A stretch of 63,713 nt of DNA, counting the filler, from Kipferlia bialata (lineage: Eukaryota), in NCBI GenBank assembly GCA_003568945.1. It is 3 parts of 3 records of this genome, joined end to end, with 100 filler letters (N's around TTAATTAATTAA, not from the genome) between each part and the next. Parts side by side here need not be neighbours in the genome. Positions count along the whole stretch, not along the records: positions 24,173 to 48,241 come from BDIP01000240.1; positions 48,342 to 63,713 come from BDIP01000256.1; 1 more part is not named here. One strand, given 5' to 3'. Each line of letters opens with the position of its first letter. Position 1 is the stretch's first letter. A program made the translations under genes and the position numbers. This document shows positions 38,601 through 49,475 of the stretch, piece by piece. A model generated the notes under the pieces. That model saw nothing but the letters and a program-made list of their open reading frames with translations, made no database searches and was not told where the DNA came from.

Positions 38601-41184
38601 CGTGCTACAGAGAATGATGCGTCCTGCGTCGTGTCCATACTCCCCATCTCACAATGCTCTAGACCCAGATGCACATCGTAAGACATTCATGAGCATGTGG
38701 GCTCTGGAGGAGCGGGAGAAGCCACCTAGGCTGCCAGCGGACATGTTTAGGAGGTCTCCAGTTGTAACGTGTGACCATTGCGTTGACCAGCTGCTGATCA
38801 AGTACCACAAAATGTCAGGTAGGTTGTATGCTACATTATACCTGTATGTTCCAATATCCATAATGTACATCTCTCACCTATATGTATAGATTACTAATGA
38901 CAGTGAACAAGAAGATACGAGCCTCGCTTGTGAACGCTGCAACGAATGAGAACTTCGATGCAGCTCTGTTTGACAAGCAGCTAGGAGGCTTTGGATTCGG
39001 GTGAGACTCAATGATACACTCCACCACATTAAGCGAATCACGTTTAGCTAGTCAACGACTACTGCAAAGTGAAGAATTGACTATACGCACATCTAACGTC
39101 AGATGGTTGTATATCTTTGTCCACATCCAGCACTATGTGTTGAACCCTGGCCCAATGCGAGTGTCACTAAGGGACTTGGTTAGGCTGTTGTTCACTATTT
39201 ACAGGTAAGTGATTTATAGTTGTATTGAAATTTTTATCTCTTTCTTTTATTTTCATTCACTGGTAACACAACTTGGAAATTGAACCACGGTCTCTGAGTG
39301 TCTCTCAGTAAGACTCTATCTCTGTCAACACAACTGCGATTCGACGCCTGTGATTGAGGCACCTTCCGTACCCCTTACCCTAGTCTGCACCGCAACAACC
39401 CCTTTCATAACGCCATTCACTCCTTGGACACGCTCCAGATATCTCTTGTGATGATGTACAGTATAGAGAAGTGTCCGGGAGGCACTGTGTGGATGCCGTC
39501 AGTGCTACGGGCACTCACTATGCTATCAGCAGTGTGTCTCAACATAGACCATCCTGGTCTGTCTAAGGTATCATACACTGGTACTAATATTGATCACGAC
39601 ACTGATACTATTGATGATCCCGATCCTGATCCTGATACTGGTTCTGAATCAGAACTTCTGAGCCTGACGTTGATACAGTCTCTATCAACTTGATACTGAC
39701 ACTGATGCAAGGACTACCTAGTGGGTACTGATAACCCTGTGGCCACAGCCTATGGCAGAGAACGTCCTATCCAAATGCAGGTCAGTCTTCACAGAGGATG
39801 CATACTTCACTGCGGAAGACTCTTTGCCCATGAACGGTCTCAACATGTACCTCATATATGTGATCATGTCTCACTCTAGGCATCAACCCTCGCTGCAGCT
39901 GTGTTCCGCGGCTGCAACATACTCCCACGGTCAACTGTGGAGATCAACCTCGTCAGAGACCTGATTGTGTCTACGAGCTGTCATAGTGCCAGGGACACTC
40001 TCTTCCAGCTACGTAGACTCACTGCTCTGCCATATACTCCAGCTCCGTGGAAGGAGAATGAGCTAGTCTCTGCTCTGGTAGATAGAGAGAATGGGCTAGG
40101 TATACTATACATATTCATATGTATGTGTATTTGCACTATGTAATCTATATTCTGTAACAGCACTGACTACAGGACATGTGCAGTACTTGACTGCAAGATC
40201 CGTGCTCATGGTGGCATCTATGGGCTGTATGGCAAGAGAGTGGCCCATAGCCGAGGTAGGTGATCTTCGCAGTAAAGCAAGCGAGATTCTTCTTTAGTCT
40301 CTAAATCCATTGCTTGTGCTTCCTCTAACCACTGGTGTTTGGCATGCAAAGACTGAGATATATTCATTGCTGGAACTAACCACAGGTCTTTGGCAGACTG
40401 AGGATGAGGGAGGAGTATGCCTCTGGTGCACATGAGGCAGATGCAGGGCTGATAGTGCCTCCATGTAGGTACGAGACCCAACGCCTCTCTCTACTAGAGT
40501 TGCAGGAGTGTATACGAGCCTTACTCCAAGTATGAACTTTCGCTGTAACCTTCAGGATGCTGCAGATGAACCACAGCACCGAGCTCGATGCAGCCATGTA
40601 CCAGGCAGAGTATGTGAGGGAGAAGGTATATATATATGGTATAAATACATTATAGAAAGTAACACATATTGATATATAATACAATATAATATACAATAAT
40701 GTGTATAATAGTATATAGTAATGTATAATGATGTATGCCATGTACCAGGCAGAGTACATGAGGGAGAAGGTGCTGCCCCATGTGAATATAGTATATATAG
40801 TATATATAGTATATATATATTATATAGTGAACATGAGGGAGAAGGTGCTGATACTATAATACATATTGATATATAATACATTATAGTATTTTATAATGTA
40901 TATAATATATAATGTATATGAGGGAGAAGGTGCCCCATGTCAAGAAATACACCCACCACATATATATAGTATATATATGCAGCGCAAATTTATTAATAAT
41001 ATACAATATATATAGATTTCATTAATAGGAAATATATATTAATACGAAGGTGCTGCCCCATGTCAAGACATACACCCACCACATGCGGAGACTGGGAATT
41101 AGGGGTGCAGAGCTGGTGGGGGAGAGGCTGACAGAGAGGGCAGTTAGGAACAGGGAGAGGTGGTTGCATTGTAGTAGCCAATAG
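35651..41184 (+). CDS. Multi-TM protein with a C-terminal class I cyclic-nucleotide PDE domain, likely catalytically dead; start approximate
   Basis: N-terminal TM ORF 35803-36954. Later motifs NNPFHNAIHSLDTLQ, SAVCLNIDHPG, LVRDLIVSTS, VLMVASMGCMAREW, EEYASGAHEADAGL and RNRERW follow PDEase_I order. Confidence 0.75.
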
Positions 41185-41681
41185 TAGCAGGCCTTTCTTC
41201 GGCTCAGCGGTTAACACCACAGCATCAAGGAGGGTGTGAGATATAGACACCCTATCTCACTATATCTCACTACATCATATATGGTCCACGTCAAACTATA
41301 CAGAGTGATACCCGAAGTAATTGAATAATACATGCGACACAGTGTGAGATTGTACGGTGCATATGGGACCTAGTCATTCTCAGCAAGCATTATAAGACAC
41401 CGTCACAGTGTTAGGTTGCAATGAGAGAGACAGAGGCAAGTAATGACATTGTCACATCGGGTTTCACCAAACATTGTCACTGTGTCACAGTGACAATGTT
41501 GTCGTGGAAACAAAAAAATTACAGACCCTTTAGTCAGCTCCCTGCCTGTTTGGTGGCCAGGAAGCCTCTCTCCTCCAAAGGCCTCTGTTAGAGACAGAGT
41601 GACCTCATCAGCTTCATACCCACACCAATAAGGAGCCCTGCACTACTTCTATCTAGCTAGTGCAGCCGTTATTGTATCTAG

Positions 41682-41835
41682 ATGGCTGTGACCAGTCTCG
41701 ATGTCATTCAGACATGCCTGCCATTCTCAATCATAGCATCAGGTATATATATAGTGTATATTCACATACCGTATCAGGTAGCCTTTCTGTCTACACTTAG
41801 AATACTTGGTGCACTGGTAGGATCCCGTTCGCTAC

Positions 41836-41881
<46 letters not shown>

Positions 41882-44800
41882 TTCTCTCTCTCTCTCCCCC
41901 CCCCCTCTCCTCCTCTTATCCCCCTAGGTACCCCAATCCCCCCAAGCCAGGCTCGATATGCTGTTTGTGCCAAAGAGACTTCACAGTCAACATCCTTGAC
42001 GACCTGCCCCACCAGATACTGAAGTGCAGTTGTGGGGCGTCTGCCCACAGGTCTTGTGGCGTGGATGTCCAGAGAGGTACAATGCTGGTGTGTCTCTCTT
42101 CCATTAGCTCCTCTGTCTCACCGCAGGTCCCAGGCTGTTGAACTGGAGATGTCCGTCGTGCAGGAAGTGTGAGGTTAGTATATTGTTGTCAATTAGTCCT
42201 CTTGTGTCTACTGATACACACTCTTCCTGACCCCCAGTGCTGTGGGTGCCGGGACTCAGACTCCATCACCTGGAACAGCCACTACACACACTGCAACACA
42301 TGCTGGAAGATGCTGGTGGCAGGTGGGGATGGCATGAGTGTGGATACGGGGCTGAACCTATTAGATCTCATTGATTCAGTCAACGATATATATATACCCG
42401 TGTTGCTGTCCCTCCATTCTGCCTAACCTCCAGGGAACTACTGCCCCAGTTGCATGGTCCCCATCAAGTATGTCATAGATAGTATGTCATAGATAGTATG
42501 TCACACGCTGTATGTGTCGGTGCATGTGTATGTGCTCATGTCGTTTGACTGCAGTCTATATGCTTGCGTTGTTTCTTTCTCTCTCCAAATATATTTATCT
42601 CCCGCTCACCCCTCTCAGGTCTGGTGCCCTGGATGTATCCTGCTGTGTGCGTTGCCCTGTCTGTACTCAGTGCCACCACAGACAGTGTCTGAAGCAGGTA
42701 CCCGGCTCAATATCTGTAGCTGTATATACTGGTACCGCTTCTGTTCGAGTATGAGCCTTACCATGTATCTGACCCACCCCCAGCACACCCGACAGGGGGA
42801 CTACGTGTCTCTCTTCCTGGCTGCCTCTACCAAGTACACCCGACCTGTCGAGACCGAGGACCAGATGGACAGCCTCCCAGACCACGCTGCGTGTCCGTAC
42901 TGTGCCGGACTCTTGACACAAGCAGCCCTGCCATTCACAAGGAGGTACGGGTGTGTGTGTGATATTGGATTGGCCACATGCATACCCCCTCTGTTCTGAC
43001 CCCAGGTCCATGGCTGCCCAGAAGGTCACAGCAAGGCGGGCTCTGTGGGCCAAGAGGCTGGAGAGGAGGGGTAGTAGGGGACAGGGGAAGGAGAAGAAGG
43101 GGAGCGTGGCCACTATGGCCCCACCCATTGTGTCTGAGGGACATGCTGTAAAGGGGTCTGGCCGGATGAAGGTGGATGTGGGCATGCCCCCACAGGGCAC
43201 AGGGGCCAGTCACCTCAAGGGGACACGCCCTGACGATGTCAGCCGGGTTGTGCGCTCTGTACCTCCCTCTCAGTCTGCCAAGGTATCCATGTCCATGCCC
43301 CCTAGTGTTATGGAGGCGTCTGTGTCTGAGGCGTCTGTGTCTGAGGAGGTGTCCATCAGTGACACCGAGTCCAGCAGTATAGGGGACCTACTACTCGACG
43401 GTCTGCAGGCCCTGTCCCACAGGGGTCAGAGGTTGGAGAGGGCTAGTGGTACCCAGGGTAGGGAGGGGGGTGGGATGCTTGGGGAGCCGTCTCCCACGCC
43501 TAGGAAGAGACAGCCCATCGTGTCTGAGACCAGTGCCTGGGAGCAGGAGATGGAGGAGGGGGAGAGGGAGAGGGAGAGGGAGCTTGAGTTGGACGCAGAG
43601 AGAGAGCTGAGGCAAGAGGAGGAGAGGCTGAGACAGCTGCGGGAGGAGAGAGAGAGAAAGGAGAAGGAGAGAGTTCTACGACTGGAGAGAGAGAGGGCGG
43701 CGAAGGCGGAGAGGGAGAGGAAGGCTAAGGAAGAGAAGGAGCGAAAGGAGAAGGAGGATATTGAGAGGAGGGCGAGAGAGGAGAGGGAGAGGAAGGAGAG
43801 GGAGCGTCTGAGAATCATCCGACTGGAGAGAGAGAAGAAGGCTAAAGAGGAGAGAGAGAGACGAGAGGCAGAGAGACAGGCTGTGTTTGCGGCTGAGAAT
43901 GCCAAGAGAAAGGAGAGGCAGCGCCTTGCCAGACTGAGGGAGATAGAGGAGGAGAGAGAGAAGGAGCGGAAGGCTGCGACCATTCTAGCCAGCCCTGTGG
44001 TCGTGAAGATAGAAGGGGAGGCAGAGGGTGCAGAGGAGTCAGAGAGTAGTGTCAGTGACTCCTCGAGTGACTCCAGTTCCTACACATACACCTATGCCTC
44101 AGACACGTCTGGGGGACAGGACCCAGAGGCCCAGGCCAGAGTCCAGGCCCAGGGGCAGGCCGCCCTTCAGCCACCCCTGCCTGGGGTGGTTCCGGGGGGT
44201 GCCTCTCTCTCTCTCCCTCCCGTGTCGTATGCAGCCACCAAGGTCGGTGCCCCCCTCCCCCCCTGCCCCCCTGGGGTGGATACCACCTGCTACAGCACCC
44301 TCGCAGCCCATGTCGCCCAGATCGACAGGTATGGATAGGGATAGTGTTTATCAGATAGCTGTGGTTATGGGTATATAGTTCACTATTGGTCGCCCCAGAT
44401 CATTTATCGTCATTCACATATACTTAGGTATGGAACACCACCTTTTACATGTATGTAATGTGCATGGTTGAGATCCTCACATACGATACCAATGCAGCAT
44501 CTATTACCCGTGTCTCCCTCTCCCTCTCCCCCCAGGCTGTGTCAGGTGGAGAGGTCCCTTGCCAGACTCAGGGTGCATCTGGCCAGGTACATACCTGCTC
44601 AGTGTTGCCTTAATTGGGTCAACATTTTATTCTCTGTGATATGTACTCTCTCTCTCTCTACATATATATATATACACTCACCCGCACAGGTGTCTGCTGC
44701 AGGCCGTCCCGGCCAGCGAGCCCCTCACCCATGCTCTGTCTGTCCTGCCTGCCATCCGGACAGACACTGCGACGGTGACTAGGCAGGCAGAGGCTCTCTC

Positions 44801-46397
44801 CGCCCTATACGATGGCACCCAGGCAGGCGGGGGTCTGACTTCGCATCTGGAGACGGTGGGAGCTGCGCTGAGGGGGATCAGGATAGAGAGGGAGAGAGAT
44901 GCCTGGAGTGTTGCCCCAGCAACCCCAGCAAGGGTGACACCCACAGCCACAGCCAGTATCAGAGGGGTAGACAGGGGCACATCCAGTGGTATAGACAGAG
45001 GCAGTGTCGGTGACAAGGGAAGAGGTGGCCTGAGGGGGAGGGTGTCCGATCGGACCCAACCCCAACCCCCCACTGTCAGTGGTGGCAAGGCCACTAGTAG
45101 TGGTACCCCCCAGTCTGTGTCTGATGGACATGTCAAGGGTAGGAGTGTGGGTATGGGCCAGTCCCCAGGCTCAGTGGGTCAGTCTGTGCCCCAGACAGGT
45201 GTCAACGGAGGGCTAGGGGGGAGGCAGGCCGGCAAGGGACGGGGTCGCAACACCAGCAACAGCAACACGGGTGCACGCACTCCTGTCCCGTCATTCAGTC
45301 AGAGCACGGGTGGAGTAAGGGTGTCTGCCACCCCGGTGACAGGCAAGAGAGGGACTGCCAGGGCTACACCTAGGACCACCCCTAAGTCCACTGGCAAGGG
45401 AACCGCTAAGACCACTCCTAAGGCTGCTCCTAAGACTCCTAAGATGACTGGTAGGGGAACCCCTAAGACTGCACCTAGCAGCACTGGTAAGACCACTGGT
45501 AAGACCACTGGTAAGACCACTCCTAAGAGCACTGCCCCTAAGAGCACCCCTAAGACCACTCCAAAGAGCACCCCTAAGGACACCTCTCAGGGGGCGGGCA
45601 CTGCCAGCAGGGGCAGGGGAAGGAGGGGTAGGGGAGGGGCCACCAAGGGCCAGAGTACGCCCAAGGGTACTAGTACTAGTACTGCCAGGCTGGGCAAGGG
45701 GGCAGGTAAGGCCCCCCTATCTAGAGGCAATGGACAGGGACAGAGACAGGGTGTGGGATGCGTCGACGTCAAGAGAGAGGACCTAGGCCCCACCCCTGCG
45801 GCACGTGCAGTGGCCAGGGCCCACTCTCCCTCTGCCTCTGTGTCAGTATCTGTGGCACCACACTCACAGTCTGGGACAGGCCTGAGGCCTCCAGGGGAGA
45901 GGCCAGGCTCCAGAAAGAGAGACAGAGAGAGAGAGAGAGAGCAGGAGTGCGTCGGCAGGAGGTGGACTCCTTCGTCTATTCCTCCTATGTCTAGCAGGGA
46001 TGGGGATGGATCCCGGCCGAGGCCTCTGTCGGGTACCGGGAGTACAGGGATTACAGTGCCCGGGAAGATGGATGGGAGGGAGAGAGAGAGATACCCGTCT
46101 GCAGAGAGGATTGGTCGAGGTGACAGGGATGTAGAGATGGAGAGGGGGAGGGATAGGCGTTCAGACGTGGACAGGGGTTGGGATGTTAGGTATGAGAACT
46201 CTCGAGAGCCTGTTAGAGAGAGGCATAGAGACTGGGGTAGAGACAGGGACCTAGGGTGGGATAGCTACCGCTCTAGAGAGAGAGAATGGGATAGAGCCGA
46301 TTGGGCTCGACGTGGGGAGTCCGAGAGACGATATGTGCCCCCAAGGTCGAGAAACGCAGATCGGGAGGGTCGATATGAGGGGGGCAGAAACCGATAG
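41682..46397 (+). CDS. PHD-finger protein (MLL/trithorax-type PHD cluster) with coiled coil, TPK repeats and an R/D-rich tail
   Basis: CCLC...CSC..AH.SC...WRCPSCRKCE|CCG...W...THCNTC...GNYCPSC...RCPVC...HRQC...CPYC resembles the MLL PHD2-PHD3 pattern ending in GNFCPLC. No SET domain seen. Confidence 0.72.
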
Positions 46398-46717
46398 CAA
46401 GCTGTGTAGATGCCATAATTGGTACCAGGTGTGCAGAGGCCGGGGCTGGTGGCCTCTAATCTTAGTAACCACAAAGTGGTACCACTCGATCCATCACTCA
46501 CCACGGGTTGTTTCAGTGTCTCCAGACTCTTTCTAGAGGCGTATTTTCTTTACTCGCTCATTATTAATACATATTCCTCCGTCGATTTCTATACCATATA
46601 TATATATATACCCATATCATTGTCATATCATTGTTGGCATGAGCAGGTCAGTGGGAAGAAAAATCAATTGAATAGAACGTTACGAGAGATTGGCAATAAT
46701 ACATATATTCGGGCTGA

Positions 46718-47586
46718 TCACTCCTTGATGCTGTTACTCCGCTTCCTGTGCTTCCGTCTCTTCTCCTTGACAGGCCCAGAGGGGGGGGCGCTAGGGGGGG
46801 CGCTGGGAGGAGCGGTAGGCTTGCTAGGGGGAGCAGTAGGCTTGCTGGGGGGAGCAGTAGGCTTGCTGGGGGGAGCGGTAGGCTTGCTAGGGGGAGCGGT
46901 AGGCTTGCTAGGGGGAGCGGTAGGCTTGCTGGGGGGAGCGGTAGGCTTGCTGGGGGGAGCGGTAGGCTTGCTAGGGGGAGCAGTAGGCTTGCTAGGGGGA
47001 GCAGTAGGCTTGCTAGGGGGAGCGGTAGGCTTGCTAGGGGGAGCGGTAGGCTTGCTAGGGGGAGCAGTAGGCTTGGTTGATGCGGTGGATTCAGTCTGTG
47101 CTTCTTCAGTGAGACCTGACTCCGTCTCCGTCATGTCGCCCATGAGTATCTGGTCGATGAGGGCCTGCGTCTCGGCCTCCTTCTCTGATACCTGGTCTGA
47201 TACCTGGTCTGGGGTGGTGTCATGTGAGTCATGTGAGGATGGTAACTGTACATCCCAGGCGGCATCGGCAGCCGAAGCAGCCTGTCTCTCTGTCTCCCTC
47301 GCTGCCTCCTCTAGGGCCAGTTGACGATCCCTCTCTCTCTCCCTCTCCCTCTCCCTCTCTCTCTCCCTCTCTCTCTCCTCCTCCAGTCTCACTTCCTTCT
47401 CAACCTCAGCCTGGATCTCTCTCTGCCTCTCTGCCTCTCTCTGCCTCTCTGCCTCTCTTTCCTCCTGCTCTCTCATCCACTCCGCCTCGGCCTCTCTTTC
47501 TCTCTCTCTCTCCTCCTTCTCTCTCTCTGCATCTATAGCATCCTCTCCCTGCCTATCAGCAGCATCGGCCTCTCCTCGGTACATGC
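46718..47586 (-). CDS. Terminal exon of a hypothetical coiled-coil/Pro-rich protein; upstream exons not present
   Basis: Acceptor CTCACTTTCAG at about 47587-47597, then an open frame to TGA. E/R-rich, followed by KPTAPPS repeats. Confidence 0.65.
46802..47074 (-). repeat. Coding minisatellite, 13 x 21 bp (KPTAPPS)
   Basis: Unit AAGCCTAC(C/T)GCTCCCCC(C/T)AGC; variation is confined to third codon positions. Confidence 0.95.
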
Positions 47587-47799
47587 CTGAAAGTGAGATT
47601 TATACACACACATATATATATCCTGAATACCCATTGGGCCGGGGGGGGGGGGGGGAGGTTGTATTACTCTACCCCATCCTCTAAATACAGCAGGGCAATG
47701 TATGTTGCTGTGTATGTTTTATATGTATGTGTGTACGTATACAATGTGTATCACATAGTACATATGATGAATAGATGTAGTGTTTACGTCTCACGTTAG

Positions 47800-48135
47800 G
47801 TCACCGCCGGTGCCGACAGTGACATGCAGAGCATCCCAGAGGGGCTGGACCAGAGATACATCGGTATGTATAGAAATTATGATATGTATATGTATAACAC
47901 CATTGCATATACAAATACTAATATATGATATGTATATAGTTATTTGTGTATGTATACTCATACCAGTTGTGCACCAGAAGATGTGTTCATTGGTGTATAT
48001 TTACACTCACATATATATATGTATATATGTATATACATACCCTATACATACTCTAACCCCAGTTGTGCACCAGAAGATGCGTCTGGCTGTGTTCATTGCA
48101 TCTGTGCAGACAGCACTGGACCAGATCAGAGACAA
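47800..48135 (+). CDS. Two internal exons of a hypothetical gene (fragment)
   Basis: VTAGADSDMQSIPEGLDQRYI|VVHQKMRLAVFIASVQTALDQIRDK with canonical splice sites, and echoes at about 47963 and 48193. Confidence 0.55.
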
Positions 48136-48241
48136 GGTATATTATATATATATATATATACTGTATATATGTATAGTGTAGTTGTATATATATGCATCGG
48201 TGCAGACAGCACTGGACCAGATCAGAGACAAGGTATATTAT

Positions 48242-48341
48242 NNNNNNNNNNNNNNNNNNNNNNNNNNNNNNNNNNNNNNNNNNNNTTAATTAATTAANNN
48301 NNNNNNNNNNNNNNNNNNNNNNNNNNNNNNNNNNNNNNNNN
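48242..48341. other. Artificial contig join: N44-TTAATTAATTAA-N44
   Basis: Six-frame stop linker at 48286-48297 inside an N run. Confidence 0.93.
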
Positions 48342-48414
48342 ACAGACTCCTCACTCTGGTAACCATGGTATATATATTGTATCCCCCCCCCCCCTTCTCC
48401 AACTCTTCCCCCAG

Positions 48415-49163
48415 GCTTCGACCTCCGCAGGATGGGCCCCTGTGTGTCTGACCCCTCCAGCACCCCCCTCCAGGCTCTGCTCAAGAGGGGATACATCGCA
48501 GCACCACAGGTTAGATGGTTACTGGGGGTCTCTCTCTCATACACACACACTCTCTCTCCCTCTGTCTGATGCCAGTGGATGATCAGACTTGGCTGCCCCC
48601 CCGGCAACCTCAATGGCCTCCTTGCATCAAACAATGGCCCTCTCCTCAAGGCCCTCGAGGCCTCAGCCGCAGCAGCCCAGAACCCCAGCGAGTGAGTGGT
48701 TATCGTCATAGTGACCAACCTCCACCGTATTGAATCTCACCACCCAGCACCCCCCTCTCTGCCTACATGGCCAAGACCATGCCGTACATGCCGCCCCAGG
48801 CCAGACAGCCCATGGCACAGACCCCACTCCCAAAGTTCACAGGGGGGTACGGCATTCATGCTAGTATAGGGATAATGCAAGGTGGACCCACTCTCTTACA
48901 CAGTACTGACCCCCAGCTATGTCCCTGTCATCTTCAGCGAGACCGGCGGCTCCCAGGTCAGCAGCCCCCCCTCGCAGGCCATGGCGGTGAATGTACCCAA
49001 TGCTGTCAGCCCCGTGCAGGTGACACCCACCGTCACCCAGGCATCGGTGCGGCCCAAGGCCAGCACATACAGACCCCACCGAGACAGGTCCATCAACTGC
49101 GACATCCTCTTCCCCGCCATCTGCGGGTGCATCCTCCTGGCATCCATCATCGTGTCCTTCTAG
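48415..49163 (+). CDS. 3' fragment of a hypothetical tail-anchored protein (4 exons)
   Basis: In-frame exons ending ILFPAICGCILLASIIVSF*, a C-terminal TM segment. Confidence 0.6.
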
Positions 49164-49475
49164 GGGGAGACAGGTGTCGGTACAGTGGTTCAAGGAATGC
49201 AATAGCGTTCAGTGTAGGAATGTGTGCTTGGCACTGTGATTGAGTGTTTGTTTTGTGTTTTCGAAGACGTAGGAAGAATATATTTGATTGTATAGAGTAA
49301 CCATGGTTAGTATTTGTCTACCCAGCCTTGTGGCTGAGTAAACCCAGGAGTCTGGGTCATGAATAGGTCCTCCGAATATCACATTACATGGTATCTAGCC
49401 CCTTGTGCTACGACACAACAAAAAGAACAAGGTAGAGTCACGGTCAGTGCTTCCTTCAGACCGAGGCCCCCCACT

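Noticed and set aside
46419..47324. 301-aa plus-strand ORF with GGAVGLL repeats
   Set aside because: It is the antisense shadow of the KPTAPPS coding repeat. Most short ORFs in the track are similar shadows or intron read-through.
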